Source: Chiloscyllium plagiosum (Eukaryota). From it: a stretch of 64,000 bases of DNA. A program made the position numbers and the translations under genes. The stretch's first letter is position 1. Each line of letters opens with the position of its first letter. The stretch is from the NCBI RefSeq assembly GCF_004010195.1, contig NC_057748.1:20938774-21002773 (forward strand). The letters are read 5' to 3'. Below, one piece after another: positions 43,520 through 56,600 of this stretch. The notes under the pieces were generated by a model that was not told the DNA's origin, did no database searches, and was given only the letters and a program-made list of their open reading frames with translations.

Positions 43520-46500
43520 TAAGGTATTGCATTAGAAATAAGATGGATGAGCTTGAGGCTCTTGGAAATTGGCAGATATTGTGGGGATAACTGAGACGTG
43601 GCTTCAAGTGGACAGGGCCTGGGAAATAAATATTCAAGGCTACACGTGCTATTGTAAGGACAGACTGATGGGCAGAGGGGGTGGGGTGGCCATGTTGGTA
43701 AGGGATGATATGCAGTCCCTCGCGCGGGGGGACCTAGAATCAGGGGATGTAGAGTCAGTGTGGATAGAGCTGAGAAATACGAAGGGTAAAAAGACCCTCT
43801 TGGGAGTTATCTACAGGCCCCCAAACAGTAGTCTGGATGTCGGATGTAAGTTGAATCAGGAGCTGAAATTGGCCTGTCGCAAAGATGTCATTACAGTTGT
43901 TATGGGGGATTTTAACATGCAGGTAGACTGGGAGAATCAGGATGGTACTGGACCCCAAGAAAGAGACTTTGTGGAGTGCCTCAGAGATGGATTCTTAGAA
44001 CAGCTGGTGCTGGAGACTTCAATATGCAGGTGGTCTGGGTAAATAATGTTGTTAGTGGATCTAAAGAAAGGGAATTCATGGAATGCTTACAGGATGGCTT
44101 TTTGGAACAGCTTGTCATGGAGCCCACAAGAGAGCAGGCTATTCTGGACCTAGTGCTTTGCAATGAACCAGACTCTATAAAAAGATCTTAAAGTAAGGGA
44201 ATCCTTAGGAAGTAGCGACCATAATATGATAGAGTTCAGTCTGCAGTTTGAAAGAGAGAAGGCAAAATCGGATGTAATGGTGTAACAGTTGAATAAAGGN
44301 NNNNNNNNNNNNNNNNNNNNNNNNNNNNNNNNNNNNNNNNNNNNNNNNNNNNNNNNNNNNNNNNNNNNNNNNNNNNNNNNNNNNNNNNNNNNNNNNNNNN
44401 NNNNNNNNNNNNNNNNNNNNNNNNNNNNNNNNNNNNNNNNNNNNNNNNNNNNNNNNNNNNNNNNNNNNNNNNNNNNNNNNNNNNNNNNNNNNNNNNNNNN
44501 NNNNNNNNNNNNNNNNNNNNNNNNNNNNNNNNNNNNNNNNNNNNNNNNNNNNNNNNNNNNNNNNNNNNNNNNNNNNNNNNNNNNNNNNNNNNNNNNNNNN
44601 NNNNNNNNNNNNNNNNNNNNNNNNNNNNNNNNNNNNNNNNNNNNNNNNNNNNNNNNNNNNNNNNNNNNNNNNNNNNNNNNNNNNNNNNNNNNNNNNNNNN
44701 NNNNNNNNNNNNNNNNNNNNNNNNNNNNNNNNNNNNNNNNNNNNNNNNNNNNNNNNNNNNNNNNNNNNNNNNNNNNNNNNNNNNNNNNNNNNNNNNNNNN
44801 NNNNNNNNNNNNNNNNNNNNNNNNNNNNNNNNNNNNNNNNNNNNNNNNNNNNNNNNNNNNNNNNNNNNNNNNNNNNNNNNNNNNNNNNNNNNNNNNNNNN
44901 NNNNNNNNNNNNNNNNNNNNNNNNNNNNNNNNNNNNNNNNNNNNNNNNNNNNNNNNNNNNNNNNNNNNNNNNNNNNNNNNNNNNNNNNNNNNNNNNNNNN
45001 NNNNNNNNNNNNNNNNNNNNNNNNNNNNNNNNNNNNNNNNNNNNNNNNNNNNNNNNNNNNNNNNNNNNNNNNNNNNNNNNNNNNNNNNNNNNNNNAATTA
45101 TATACCAGTTAGTCTGACCTCAGTGGTGGTAAAGATGCTGGAGTCTATTATAAAGGATGAAATTATGGCACATCTGGATAGTAGTAACAGGATAGGTCAG
45201 AGTCAGTATGGATTTATGAAGGGGAAATCATGCTTGACTAATCTTCTGGAATTTTTTGAGGATGTAACTCTGAAGATGGACGAGGGAGATCCAGTAGATG
45301 TAGTGTACCTGGAATTTCAGAAAGCTTTTGATAAAGTCCCACATAGGAGGTTAGTGAGCAAAATTAGGGCGCATGGTATTTGGGGGCAAAGTACTAACTT
45401 GGATTGAAAGTTGGTTGGCTGATAGGAAACAAAGAGTAGTGATAAACAGCTCTATTTTGGAATGGCAGGCAGTGACCAGTGGGGTACCGCAGGGATCAGT
45501 ACTGGGACCGCAGCTTTTTACAATCTATCTTCAGGATATACAAGATGGTATTAGCAATAACATTCGCAAATTTCATCAGCTGGGTGGCAGGGTGAAATGT
45601 GAGGAGGATGTTAGGAGATTACGGGGTGACCTGGACATGTTAGGTGAGTGGTCAGATGCATGGCAGATGCAGTTTAATGTGGGTAAATGTATGGTTGTCC
45701 ACTTTGGTGGCAAGAACAGGAAGGTAGATTACTACCTAAATGGAATCAATTTAAGTAAGGGGGCAGTACAGAGAGATCTGGGTGTTCTTGTATAACAGTC
45801 AATGAAGGCAAGCATTCTGGTACAGCAGGTAGTGAAGAAGGCTAATAGCATGCTGTCCTTTATAACAAGAGGGATTGAGTATAGAAGCAAAGAGGTGCTT
45901 CTGCAGCTGTATAGGGCCCTGGTGAGACCACACCTGGAGTATTGTGTGCTGTTCTGGTCTCCAAATTTGAGGAAAGACATTCTGGCTATTGAGGGAGTGC
46001 TGTGTAGGTTCACGAGGTCAATTCCTGGAATGGCGGGACTACCTTAGGCTGAAAGACTGGAGCGACTGGGCTTGTATACCCTTGAGTTTAGAAGACTGAG
46101 AGGGGATCTGATTGAGACATATAAGATTATTAAAGGATTGGACACTCTGGAGGCAGGAAACATGTTTCCGCTGATGGGTGAGTGCCGAACAGAGGACACA
46201 GCTTAAAAATACGGGGTAGACTATTTAGGACAGAGATGAGGAAAAACTTCTTCACCCAGAGAGTGGTGGCTGTGTGGAATGCTCTGCCCCAGAGGGCAGT
46301 GGAGGCCCAGTCACTGGATTCATTTAAGAAAGAGTTGGATAGAGCTATCAAGGATAGTGGGACAGAGATGAGGAAAAACTTCTTCACCCAGAGAGTGGTG
46401 GCTGTGTAGAATGCTCTGCCCCAGAGGGCAGTGGAGACCCAGTCTCTGGATTAATTTAAGAAAGAGTTGGATAGAACTCTCAAGGATTGTGGAATCAAGG

Positions 46501-46610
46501 ATTATGGAGATAAGGTAGGAACAGGATACTGATTAAGGATGATCAGCCATGATCACATTGAATGGTGGTGCAGGCTCGAAGGGCAGAATGGCCTACTCCT
46601 GCACCTATTG
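43520..46610 (+). mobile_element. Large CR1-clade LINE ORF2 remnant (APE endonuclease, RT and 3' end), spanning an assembly gap
   Basis: DIVGITETWL, GVIYRPP, MGDFN and SDH endonuclease motifs; [20 protein letters not shown] and LVRPHLEYCV RT-region motifs; multiple stops and frameshifts. Confidence 0.9.
44300..45095. other. Assembly gap (796 N)
   Basis: Run of N. Confidence 1.
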
Positions 46611-47971
46611 TCATATCTTCTTGAAGCAAGGAAATATTGACATTAATGACTGGGAGGAACTTATTACCAATCACATTAAAATTGTGACAGGTTGTCTACC
46701 AAGCTGCCTCACACTTCATGTCCAAACACCTTTATGTTGAGGCATAGCAGCAGAGAAGGGAACTAAAGCAAGTAACTCCTGCACGCTAGATCCCACTATT
46801 CTGTGGGACCATGTTGCCTCATGCCCAAAGATCCGCAGATTGAGAATTGAACGGTTTGGTCACTAAAGACCACAGTTCTGGTTGCCCAGTTATAGGAAGG
46901 ATATTAATAAGCTGAACCAGAGGGTTCAGAAAAGTCTACCAGGATGATGCTGGGTATGGAAGGTTTGAGTTATAAAGAAAGACTGAGACTTTATTTCACT
47001 GGAGTGTAGCAGGTTGACAGGTGACGTTGAGAAATTTATAAAATAATGAGTATAAATAGAGTTAAGGTTAGAGGCCTTTTCCCTAGGAAGGGGAATTTCA
47101 ACACTAGGGGACACATTTTTAAGGTGTGAGGAGAGAGATTTTAAAAAGACACGAGGGGCAAATCTTTTACACAGAGAATGGTTTGCGTGTGGAATGAACA
47201 TCCTCAGAAGTGGTGGATGTGGGTACAATTACAATGTTTAAAACACATTTAGATAAATACATGAATAGGAAAGGTCTGGAGGGGTATGGGCTAGGGGACT
47301 AGTTTAGTTTGGAATTACGTTCAGCATGGACTGAAGGATCTATTTCCGTGCTGTATGACTCAATGACAGAAACTCAAGCCCAAGTCGATGGTATACTTCA
47401 GCTGAAGGACAGAGGGCATAATATTAGATAGTTCATACATTTAAAGCTGCACATTCAAGATAACAACCAGGTAGTCACAGTGTGCAGAAACAAGATTTTT
47501 CACAATGTGCTTTGACCAGATGAGGACACCTTTGCATTGGCTGTGACTAAACCTTGATCAAAAGGTACAATGACGGAGTTGGAAAACAATTACCTGAGGT
47601 TCACTTAGCATGCTTTACTTAGAACATTCTAGAATTATTTTGCCTAAATTGCTTTCGTCTTGTTGGTCTAGAGTGAATTCACCTTCACCACACAACAAGC
47701 AAGTTGCAGCAGAACATAGTGTGTTTGAAAGCCAGTTTGGCAATGGTGATGAAAGATTGAGATATAAACAACACTTTACCTTTATATATAAAAAAAAGTT
47801 TATATTTTATACTAGCAGATATGGGTGAAAAAGTTTAGAAATTAACTAGATTAGTCTTTTCAGAACCATGACTTAAAAATCAGATTTTTTTCTCTCAATT
47901 GTGCAACTTCAAAATTCTCTACAAGGTGGCAGTGGAGGCTGATACAGATTCATTTCATGTCTAACAAGAAA

Positions 47972-48930
47972 ACATAAATGATTTGGATGCGAGCATAAGA
48001 GGTACAGTTAGTAAGTTTGCAGATGACACCAAAAGTGAAGGTGTAGTGGACAGCGAAGAGAGTTACCTCAGATTACAACAGGATCTTGACCAGATGGGCC
48101 AATGGGCTGAGAATTGGCAGATGGAGTTTAATTCAGATAAATGCGAGGTGCTGCATTTTGGGAAAGCAAACTTTAGCAGGATGTATACGTTTAATGGTAA
48201 GGTCCTAGGGAGTGTTGCTGAACAAAGAGACCTTGGAGTGCAGGTTCATAGCTCCTTAAAGTGGAATTGCAGGTAGATAGGATAGTGAAGGCAGCGTTTG
48301 GTATGCTTTATTTTATTGGTCAGAGTATTGAGTACAGGAGTTGGGAGGTCATGTTGCAGCTTTACAGGACATTCATTAGGCCACTGTTGGAATATTGCTT
48401 GCAATTCTGGTCTCCTTCCTATTGAAAAGATGTCGTGAAACTTGAAAGGGTTCAGAAAAAATTTACAAGGATGTTTCCAGGGTTGGAGGATTTGAGCTAC
48501 AGGGAGAGGCTAAACAGGCTGGGGCTGTTTTCCCTGGAGCGTTGGAGGCTGAGGGATGACCTTACAGAGGCTTACAAAATTATGAGGGGCATGGATAGGG
48601 TAAATAGACAAAATCTTTTCTCTGGGGTCAGGGAGTCCAGAACTAGAGGGCATAGGTTTAGGGTGAGAGTGGAATGATATAAAAGAGATCTAAGGAGCAA
48701 TGTTTTCACATAGAGGGTGGTACGGGTAAGGAATGAGCTGCCAGAGGATGTGGTGGAGGCTGGTATAATTGCAACATTTAAGAGGCATTTGGATGGGTAT
48801 ATGAATAGGAAGGGTTTGGAGGGATATGGGCCGGGTGCTGGCAGGTGGGACTAGATTGGGTTGGGATATCTGGTCGGCATGGACGGGTTGGACTGAAGGG
48901 TCTATTTCCATGCTATACATCTCTATGACT
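47972..48930 (+). mobile_element. CR1-clade LINE 3' fragment
   Basis: [10 protein letters not shown] motif, LERVQKKFTRM and the CR1 3' end. Confidence 0.87.
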
Positions 48931-49029
48931 TTAAGAATCTAAGTGATTGGGAAGGTGGAATTTGAAACAGATGAGCCATGACCTTACTGATTGCAAGAGT
49001 AGGCTCAAAGATCAACTTCTACTTATAAA

Positions 49030-50460
49030 GTCATAGAGCTGTACTGCACAGAGACAGACCCTTTGGTCCAACTCGTCCATGGCGAACAAATGTCCTAAAT
49101 GGATCCAAGTCCCATTTTCCAGCACTTGGTCCATATTCCTCTAAACTCTTCATAAAGAAGAAGCAGGAGTAGGTCATCTGGCCCCTCGAGCTGCTCCGCA
49201 ATTACCATGGCTGATGTTTTCATGGCCTCTGCTCCACTTACCCGCCCTCTCACCATAACCCTTAACTCTTTTATTGTTGAAAAAAAAATCTACCTTAGCT
49301 TTAAAAACGTTCACTGAAATAGCATCAACTACTTCACTGGGCAGGGAATTCCACAAATTCCCAACCCTCTGGGTGAAGAAATTCCTTCTCAATTCAGTCC
49401 AAAAGCTGCTTCTCCTCATTTTGAGGCTGTGCCCTCTTGTCCTAGTTTCGCTTGCCACCCCGTGGAAACATCCTCTCTGTTTTATCTATTCCCTTCATAA
49501 TTTTACATGTTTCTATAAGATTCCCCCCCCCCCAATCATTCTTCTAAATTCCAATGAATATAATCCCATCTACTCAGTGTCTCCTCATAAGCCAATCCCG
49601 CTCAACTCCAGAATCAATCCAGTGAACCTCCTCTGCACCCCTTCCAGTGCCAGTACATCCTTTCTCAAGTAAGGCGACCAAAACTATATACAGTACTCCA
49701 GGTGTGACCTCACCAGCATTCTATACAGCTGCAACGTGACCTCTGCTTTAGCAATGAAGGACAAAATTCCATTTGCTTTAATTTCTTGTACCTGCAGACC
49801 AACCTTCTGTGATTCATGCACAAGGATATCCAAGTCCCTCTGCATAGCAGCATGCTGCAACTTTATACCATACTAGTCCTTTTTACTGTTACTCCTACCA
49901 AAATGGATGACTTCACATTTATTAACATTGTACTCCACTTGCCAGACCTTTGCCCACTCAAAGTATTTATGTTCCTCTGCAAAGTTTCACAGTCCTCTGC
50001 ACATTTTGCTCTGCCACTCCTCTTAATATTATCCACAAACTTTGACAATGTACACGTGGTCCCCAACTCCAAGTCATCTATATAAATTGTGAATAACTGC
50101 AGTCCAAACACTGATCCCGAAGGCTCACCACTAATTACTGATTGCCAACCAGAAAAGCACTAACTTATCCCCACTCTTTGCCTCCTGTTAGACAACTTCT
50201 CTATCCATGCTCATACTTTACCCTTAACGCCATGCATCCTTATCTTATGCAGCACCTATTAGTGTACCCATCCGGGTGCCTTTTAAACGTTTGTAATTAT
50301 ACCAGCCTCCACCACTTCCTCTAGCAGCTCATTCTATACACGCACCACCTTCTGCGTGAAAAGGTTGTCCCTCAGGTCCCTTTTAAATCTTTCCCCTCTC
50401 ACCTTAAACCTATGCCCTTTAGTTTTGAACTCACCTCGCCTGGGAAAACAATCTTGGCTG
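49030..50460 (-). mobile_element. Cluster of CR1-clade LINE fragments
   Basis: QLFTIYIDDL...SKFVD; RRNFFTQRVGNLWNSLP. Confidence 0.75.
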
Positions 50461-50541
50461 TTTGACAATTTCACATTTGTCCAGTCAGAAAGAGCCAGCA
50501 GTTCACGGCGAAATTGATGGAAATGCTTCTTTACCTGTTAG

Positions 50542-50679
50542 TTAATCATCGTCATCATCATCCACTGGGACAAAAATATCATGTTCCTCCAGTAGTGAAG
50601 CGAAGCTCTTGCTGATCTGAGTGCCCATGTACAGAAAAGGGATGACCACAATAAAGACTTTCATGAGACCAAAGGGAGT
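50542..50679 (-). CDS. SMDT1: SMDT1 exon 2 (transmembrane helix and acidic tail)
   Basis: cacag| acceptor on the minus strand; TAA followed 7 nt later by a CAG|gtaaag donor. Confidence 0.94.
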   Translation of the reverse strand, partial: TPFGLMKVFIVVIPFLYMGTQISKSFASLLEEHDIFVPVDDDDDD

Positions 50680-53600
50680 CTGTGCAGGAGAAAACAGAAC
50701 CTTAAAACACATTCTCATGCAACTCAACAGATGTCAACTCTGTGCAGTTCCACTGATGGAGAAAGTCGTGGGTGTGGGTGCAAATACAATGTTTGAAAGA
50801 CATTTGGATAAGTACGTGAATAGGAAAGGTTTGGAGGGATATGGGCCAGGGAGATGGGACTAGTTCTGTTTGGAATTATGTTTGGCATGGACTGGTTGAA
50901 CCGAAGGGTCTGTTTCCATGCTTTTGATTAGATTAGATTACTTAGTGTGGAAACAGGCCCTTCGATCCTCCGAAGAGCAACCCACCTAGACCCATTCCCC
51001 TACATTTACCCCTTCACCTAACACTACGGGCAATTTAGCGTGGCCAATTCACCTAACCTGTGTGGGAGGAAACTGGAGCACCCGGAAGAAATCCACACAG
51101 ACACGGGGAGAATGTGCAAACTCCACACAGACAGTTGCCTGAGGTGGGAATTGAACCCAGGTCTCTGGTGCTGTGAGGTAGCAGTGTTAACCACTGAGCC
51201 ACCGTGCCACCTATGCTGTATGACTCTATGATAGAGTGTCTGTTTTGCATGATCCAAGGTAACATTTGTGGCCTATTCACAGTGGAGTCTTATCTCACCT
51301 CAGCTACCAAGCAGTCAGGCAGAAGGCATTAGCCCTGGTTCAGCAGATAGCACGAAAGTCAGAAAGGACAAGTCCAGCTCCAGAAACTTCAACTGATAAG
51401 GCTAACACTCCGGTGCAGCAATGTGGATGTGCTGCACTGACATCAAATGCCATTTTTCAGCTGACATATTAAATACCCCTTATGTACCCCTCTGGAGGGT
51501 AGGAGATCCCATGATCTTTATTTCAAAGTGGTGCAGGAAGAGCACTCTCCCCATGTCCTTGCCTCTACTACTTCTCACAGCCAACATCACAAAAGAAATC
51601 TCAGCATTACCACACTGCTGTTTGTTGGAGCTGACAGTGCAAAAATCATCTGCATTACAACAATACAAACATCTCAATCTCTTTTAAAGATAAAAGCCTC
51701 CTCTTGTTACATCGCTCTTTGTCTTTCACTCTTGGCTCTGTGTGTCTGATGCTTATACTGTTGCTGGTCATGATATTTGTGACTAACTCAGACTCCTAAT
51801 CCTTTCTGCAAGGAAACTGTGGAGAGAGTGTGGTGCTGGAAAAGCACAGCAGGTCATGCAGCATCTGAGGAGCAGAAGAATCGACATTTTGGGCATAAGG
51901 CCTTCATCTGGAATGAAGAGCTCATGCCCGAAACATCGACTCTCCTGCTCCTCGGATGCTGCCTGACCTGCTGTGCTTTTCCAGCACCACACTCTCGACT
52001 CTGATGTCCAGCATCTGCAGTCCTCACTTTCTCCTGCAAGAAAACTGGCCCAGGTATTTAAACTAACTAAATCCTCATTCGCAGGTCAGTGAGCCAGTTA
52101 GAATGGCTATAAAGGACAATCGCTACAAACATTTTCTTTAAAGATATCAGTCAGTGCACTTTTCTCATTTGCCTTCTTGGACATTATCCTTCACTCCATA
52201 CTGGAAGCTGTGGTGTTGCTACTTGACCAAGGGGTATCTGTATTTCCTATAAAGTGTAAAGGGTCTGAGACACTGGTATAGAGTATATGGAATGAACGTT
52301 GTGTATGCCAGTACATCAAGCAAGACATAAATCAGTTTTGCAGTTGCTGTAAAATGCACAAATGGACAGATCCTTGCTGGGTTCTGCTTCCACCCAAGTC
52401 ACCGTCAACTGAAATGGGTCCATTGGAGAGGAATTTTCCACCATTATATCTCTCCTAGGTGTTATGAAGATGTGGGTGTACCTTTGAGAGTTAAAAGCAG
52501 CAGAACTACTGGACACAGCACCAAGTCTTCTCAATAAGGCAACAATGTATGTAAACACTGGGTTGAACAACTCGACTAGTTAGTTGCCTGGAGATAAAAA
52601 ACAAATTCAAATTCGGCCAGTTTAAATTATACCCCAATAAAAGTACCCCATTTCCAATCAAGTTTGAATTGAGTATATTGACAATCTTAAAAGCCAATGA
52701 CACAATCCGATGTTCTGGGGTATAAGACCGGGGGGGGGGGGGGGAAAACTGAACAGTTGAGAGCAGAACTGCCAAGCCTAACATGTCCCAGACTACTTGA
52801 AAACAAACATCTCTCTTAAAAGTATCTTTTCGATCAGTAACATGTGATGTAGAAATTCTTAACAAGGAGAAAAGACAACACAGGGAGATCTGAAGATAAG
52901 AACCTAAAACTGCCTACACAGAGTCACAGAGATGTGCAGCATATAAACAGACCCTTCGGTCCAACCCATCCATGCCGGCCAGATATCCCAACCCAATCTA
53001 GTCCCACCTGCCAGCACCCGGCCCATATCCCTCCAAACGCTCCTATTCATATATACGTCCAAATGCCTCTTAAATGTTGCAATTGTACCAGCCTCCACCA
53101 CTTCCTCTGGCAGCTCATTCCATACCCGTATCACAGTCTGTGTGAAAACGTTGCCCCTCAGGTCTCTTTTATATATCTTTCCCCTCTCATCCTAAACCTA
53201 TGCCCTCTAGTTCTGGACTCCCCAACCCCAGGGAAAAGACTTGGCCTATTTATCCTATCCATGCCCCTCAATTTTGTAAACTCTGTAAGGTCACCCCTCA
53301 GCTTCCGACACTCCAGGGAAAATAGCCCCAGCCTGTTCAGCCTCTCCCTGTAACTCAAATCCTCCAACCCTGGCAACATCCTTGTAAATCTTTTCTGAAC
53401 CCTTTCAAGTTTCATAACATCTTTCCGATAGGAAGGAGACCAGAATTACACACAATATTCAAACAGTGGCCTAACCAATGTCCTGTATACAGCAGCAACA
53501 TGACCTCCCAACTCCTGTACTCAATACTCTGGCCAATAAACAAAAGCACACCAAATGCCTTCCTCACTATCCTATCTACCTGCAAACCCACTCTAAAGGA

Positions 53601-56600
53601 GCTATGTTCCTGCACTCCAAGGTCTCTTTGTTCAGCAACACTCCCTAGGACCTTACCATTAAGTGTATAAGGCCTGCTAAGATTTGCTTTCCCAAAATGC
53701 TGCACCTCTCATTTATCTGAATTAAACTCCATCTTCCACTTCTTAGCCCATTGGCCCATTCTGTTGTAAAGATCCTGTTGTAATCTGAGGTAACCCTTTT
53801 CGCTGTCCACTACACCTCCAATTTTGGTATCCTCTGCAAACTTACTAACTGTAAGTCTTATGCTCGCATCCAAATCATTTATTTAAATGACAAAAAGTAG
53901 AGGACCCAGCACCAATCCTTGTGGCACTCCACTGGTCACAGGCCTCCAGTCTGAAAAACAACCCTCCACCACCACCCTCTGTCTTCTACCTTTGAGCCAG
54001 TTCTGTATCCAAATGGCTAGTTCTCCCTGTATTCTGAGAGATCTAACGTTGCTAATCAATCTCCCTTGATTTCCCACACACAAAGCCATGTTGACTGTCC
54101 CTAATCAGTCCTTGCCTCTCCAAATACATGTACATTCTGTTCCTCAGGATTCCCTCCAACAACTTGCCCACCACCAACGTCAGGCTCACCAGTCTATAGT
54201 TTCCTGGCTTATCCTTACCACCCTTCTTAAACAGTGGCACCACGTTAGCCAACGTCCAGTCTTCCGGCACCTCACCTGTGCCTATCGATGATATAAATAT
54301 CTCAGCAAAGGGCCCAGCAATCACTTTAGCTTCCCCCAGAGTTCTAGGGTACACTTGATCAGATCCTGGGTAGATATGAAGTGTTGTTTTGTGAATCTTA
54401 ATTAGGAGTTTTATCGGACTATTATTATAGAAAGGAAGGTAAAAGATAACTAGAGAAAGAAATTGTAAGTAGTGGTTAGTTAAGTATTCGCTGTTATACT
54501 TTAAGAAATAAAGTTGTCAATTTTTACTTTACATGTTTCTTGGCCACTCAAATTTTTTTTTTTTTTTTACAGATTACTGCATGGGATAAATCTTTTCTGT
54601 GTTGCTGGTTTTAAATTAAGCAGGAGAGTTTACCCAGTGTCGTAACACTCAGAATTGCCTTATGATTCTGAGCTCAGTGGGCAACGACAAAAAAAAAGGT
54701 CTGAAAATTAAATCATCAATCACAAATAGATGTGAAGATAATTTGGTGACACGTAATTTCACCATTCCACAGTAAATGCACATGCTTCCAGGCCATTTCA
54801 ACCAGGTTGAATTATTCGACTTCAAGTGTATAGAAATGTTATTTTACGCTTCATTACTTTATTTTACCATAAGGACTGACACAAATGAATTCTGTGCACA
54901 AGGTGACCACTGCATTTCAGCAGTCCATTCTAATAATAAAACGTGACTTAGCTAGATTGTGTACATGTGAAGAAGGTGTGAACCCATTGCTTCACAAGCT
55001 ATTTTCCATTGTCAGTTCAAGTGTAATCAAGGGCTTATGCCCGAAATGTCGATTCTCCTGTTCCCTGGATGCTGCCTGACCTGCTGCGCTTTTCCAGCAA
55101 GTGTAATCAGGGTTATCAAAGATAGGTGCCACAAGGCATGAACAAATATTTATTTAAAACTACAGGAAAAATTAACATGATTCAAGAGTCCAGAAAAAGG
55201 TAAGGAATGTCAGATCAGCCAGGATCCAATGCTTCAGCAGACTCAAGGAGCCAAATGGCCTGATCCTGTTCCTATTCCTTATGATCTTATGAAAACAAGA
55301 CAGTAATAAGGTGTACGTAGTTTGGAATATCAAGAATTAGTTTCACTCTATTTCTTTTGTGAAGATAGGATGAACAGGATGAGGATTTCCTCCAGTGGAG
55401 TTCAGAAGAATGAAAGGTGACAAACAAGATGCTGAGGAGACCATTAGATTCTGAGACAATGTTGATGATGCCCCTTGTTCCCTGGCCTTTATCAAAGAAA
55501 TGTTTGAGAGTAGGGCCTGTTTATTGTAAATGCCATCATCATCAAATGGAGCAACATGCAGGATGCAGAATCGTGGCCAGTTGGCATGACTGAGCTCAGT
55601 CAGTGTCTCAGCAAAGAAGGGGATCATTCTTTTATAAGCAGTGATGGTGAGGGGCGCACAAGATTCAGCCCATCATTTTTACTTGGCTGCTCAGATAAAT
55701 CTCATCTGCACATTCCTGCCTTTTCATTACAAATCTAGATTTCCTGTTTAAAATGGTGACAAAATGTCTGAAATCAAACCTTCCAGCTCAGCGAGCAAAC
55801 CTACATCCAGAAACTCAACCTGAACGACAAATCTTCTCAAAACTCACTGTTTAAAAATCTGTTATCTCAGCCATGAATATACTCAACAAACCAGCCTGGA
55901 CTGCTCTCTGTAGTAAAGAATTCTGTAGATTCACGACCCTCTGATAAAAGAAACACCTTTTCATCAGTATCTTAAATGGACAACCACCGACACTGAGATC
56001 ATGCCCTGTGAGCCTAACAACCTCGCCTCATCCACCCTGTCAAGTCTCCTATGAATCTTGACTCTCAGTAAGGTAGCATTTTTCCAAACTTCGGTGATTA
56101 CAGGTCCACCCTACTCGACTTCACCTCCATAACTTAGGATAAACCTAATGAACCTTTCTAGCCGGCCTCCATCTTACCTAAAATAAAGGGACCAAAATTG
56201 TTAACCACACTTTATATTTCTGACTAGATTGTGGAAAGTTTGCAGCAATCTTTAAAAGCAAATTACCAAAGCTCATTGTAAGTGGTGTTTACACTGCTGC
56301 TTTTCTCGATCAGAGGGGGAGGTTGATTGCCGATGGGCTGGCACTCACTTGTAGAAGTTGTTGCTTGGTTTGTGGAGTAGTGACTAGGTGTGGATGACAA
56401 ATGCCATCTGCCTGCCAACACTAATGTAATTGGTTTCTATGAAAATTGGTGGACACAAACAATATTGCCAGAAACCTTTGATGTCTGTCTGTCTCTCTCG
56501 CTCTTTCTTCCTCTGCTCTGGCAAATACCTGAAGCAAGCCCGTTTAGTTAAGTTGTTGTAAATTTTAAGTCAGAGACTTTATGATGGGTGAACCAGTCAC

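Noticed and set aside
44289-45407. 372-aa ORF in the track
   Set aside because: Mostly translated N gap; the remainder is CR1 reverse-transcriptase sequence.
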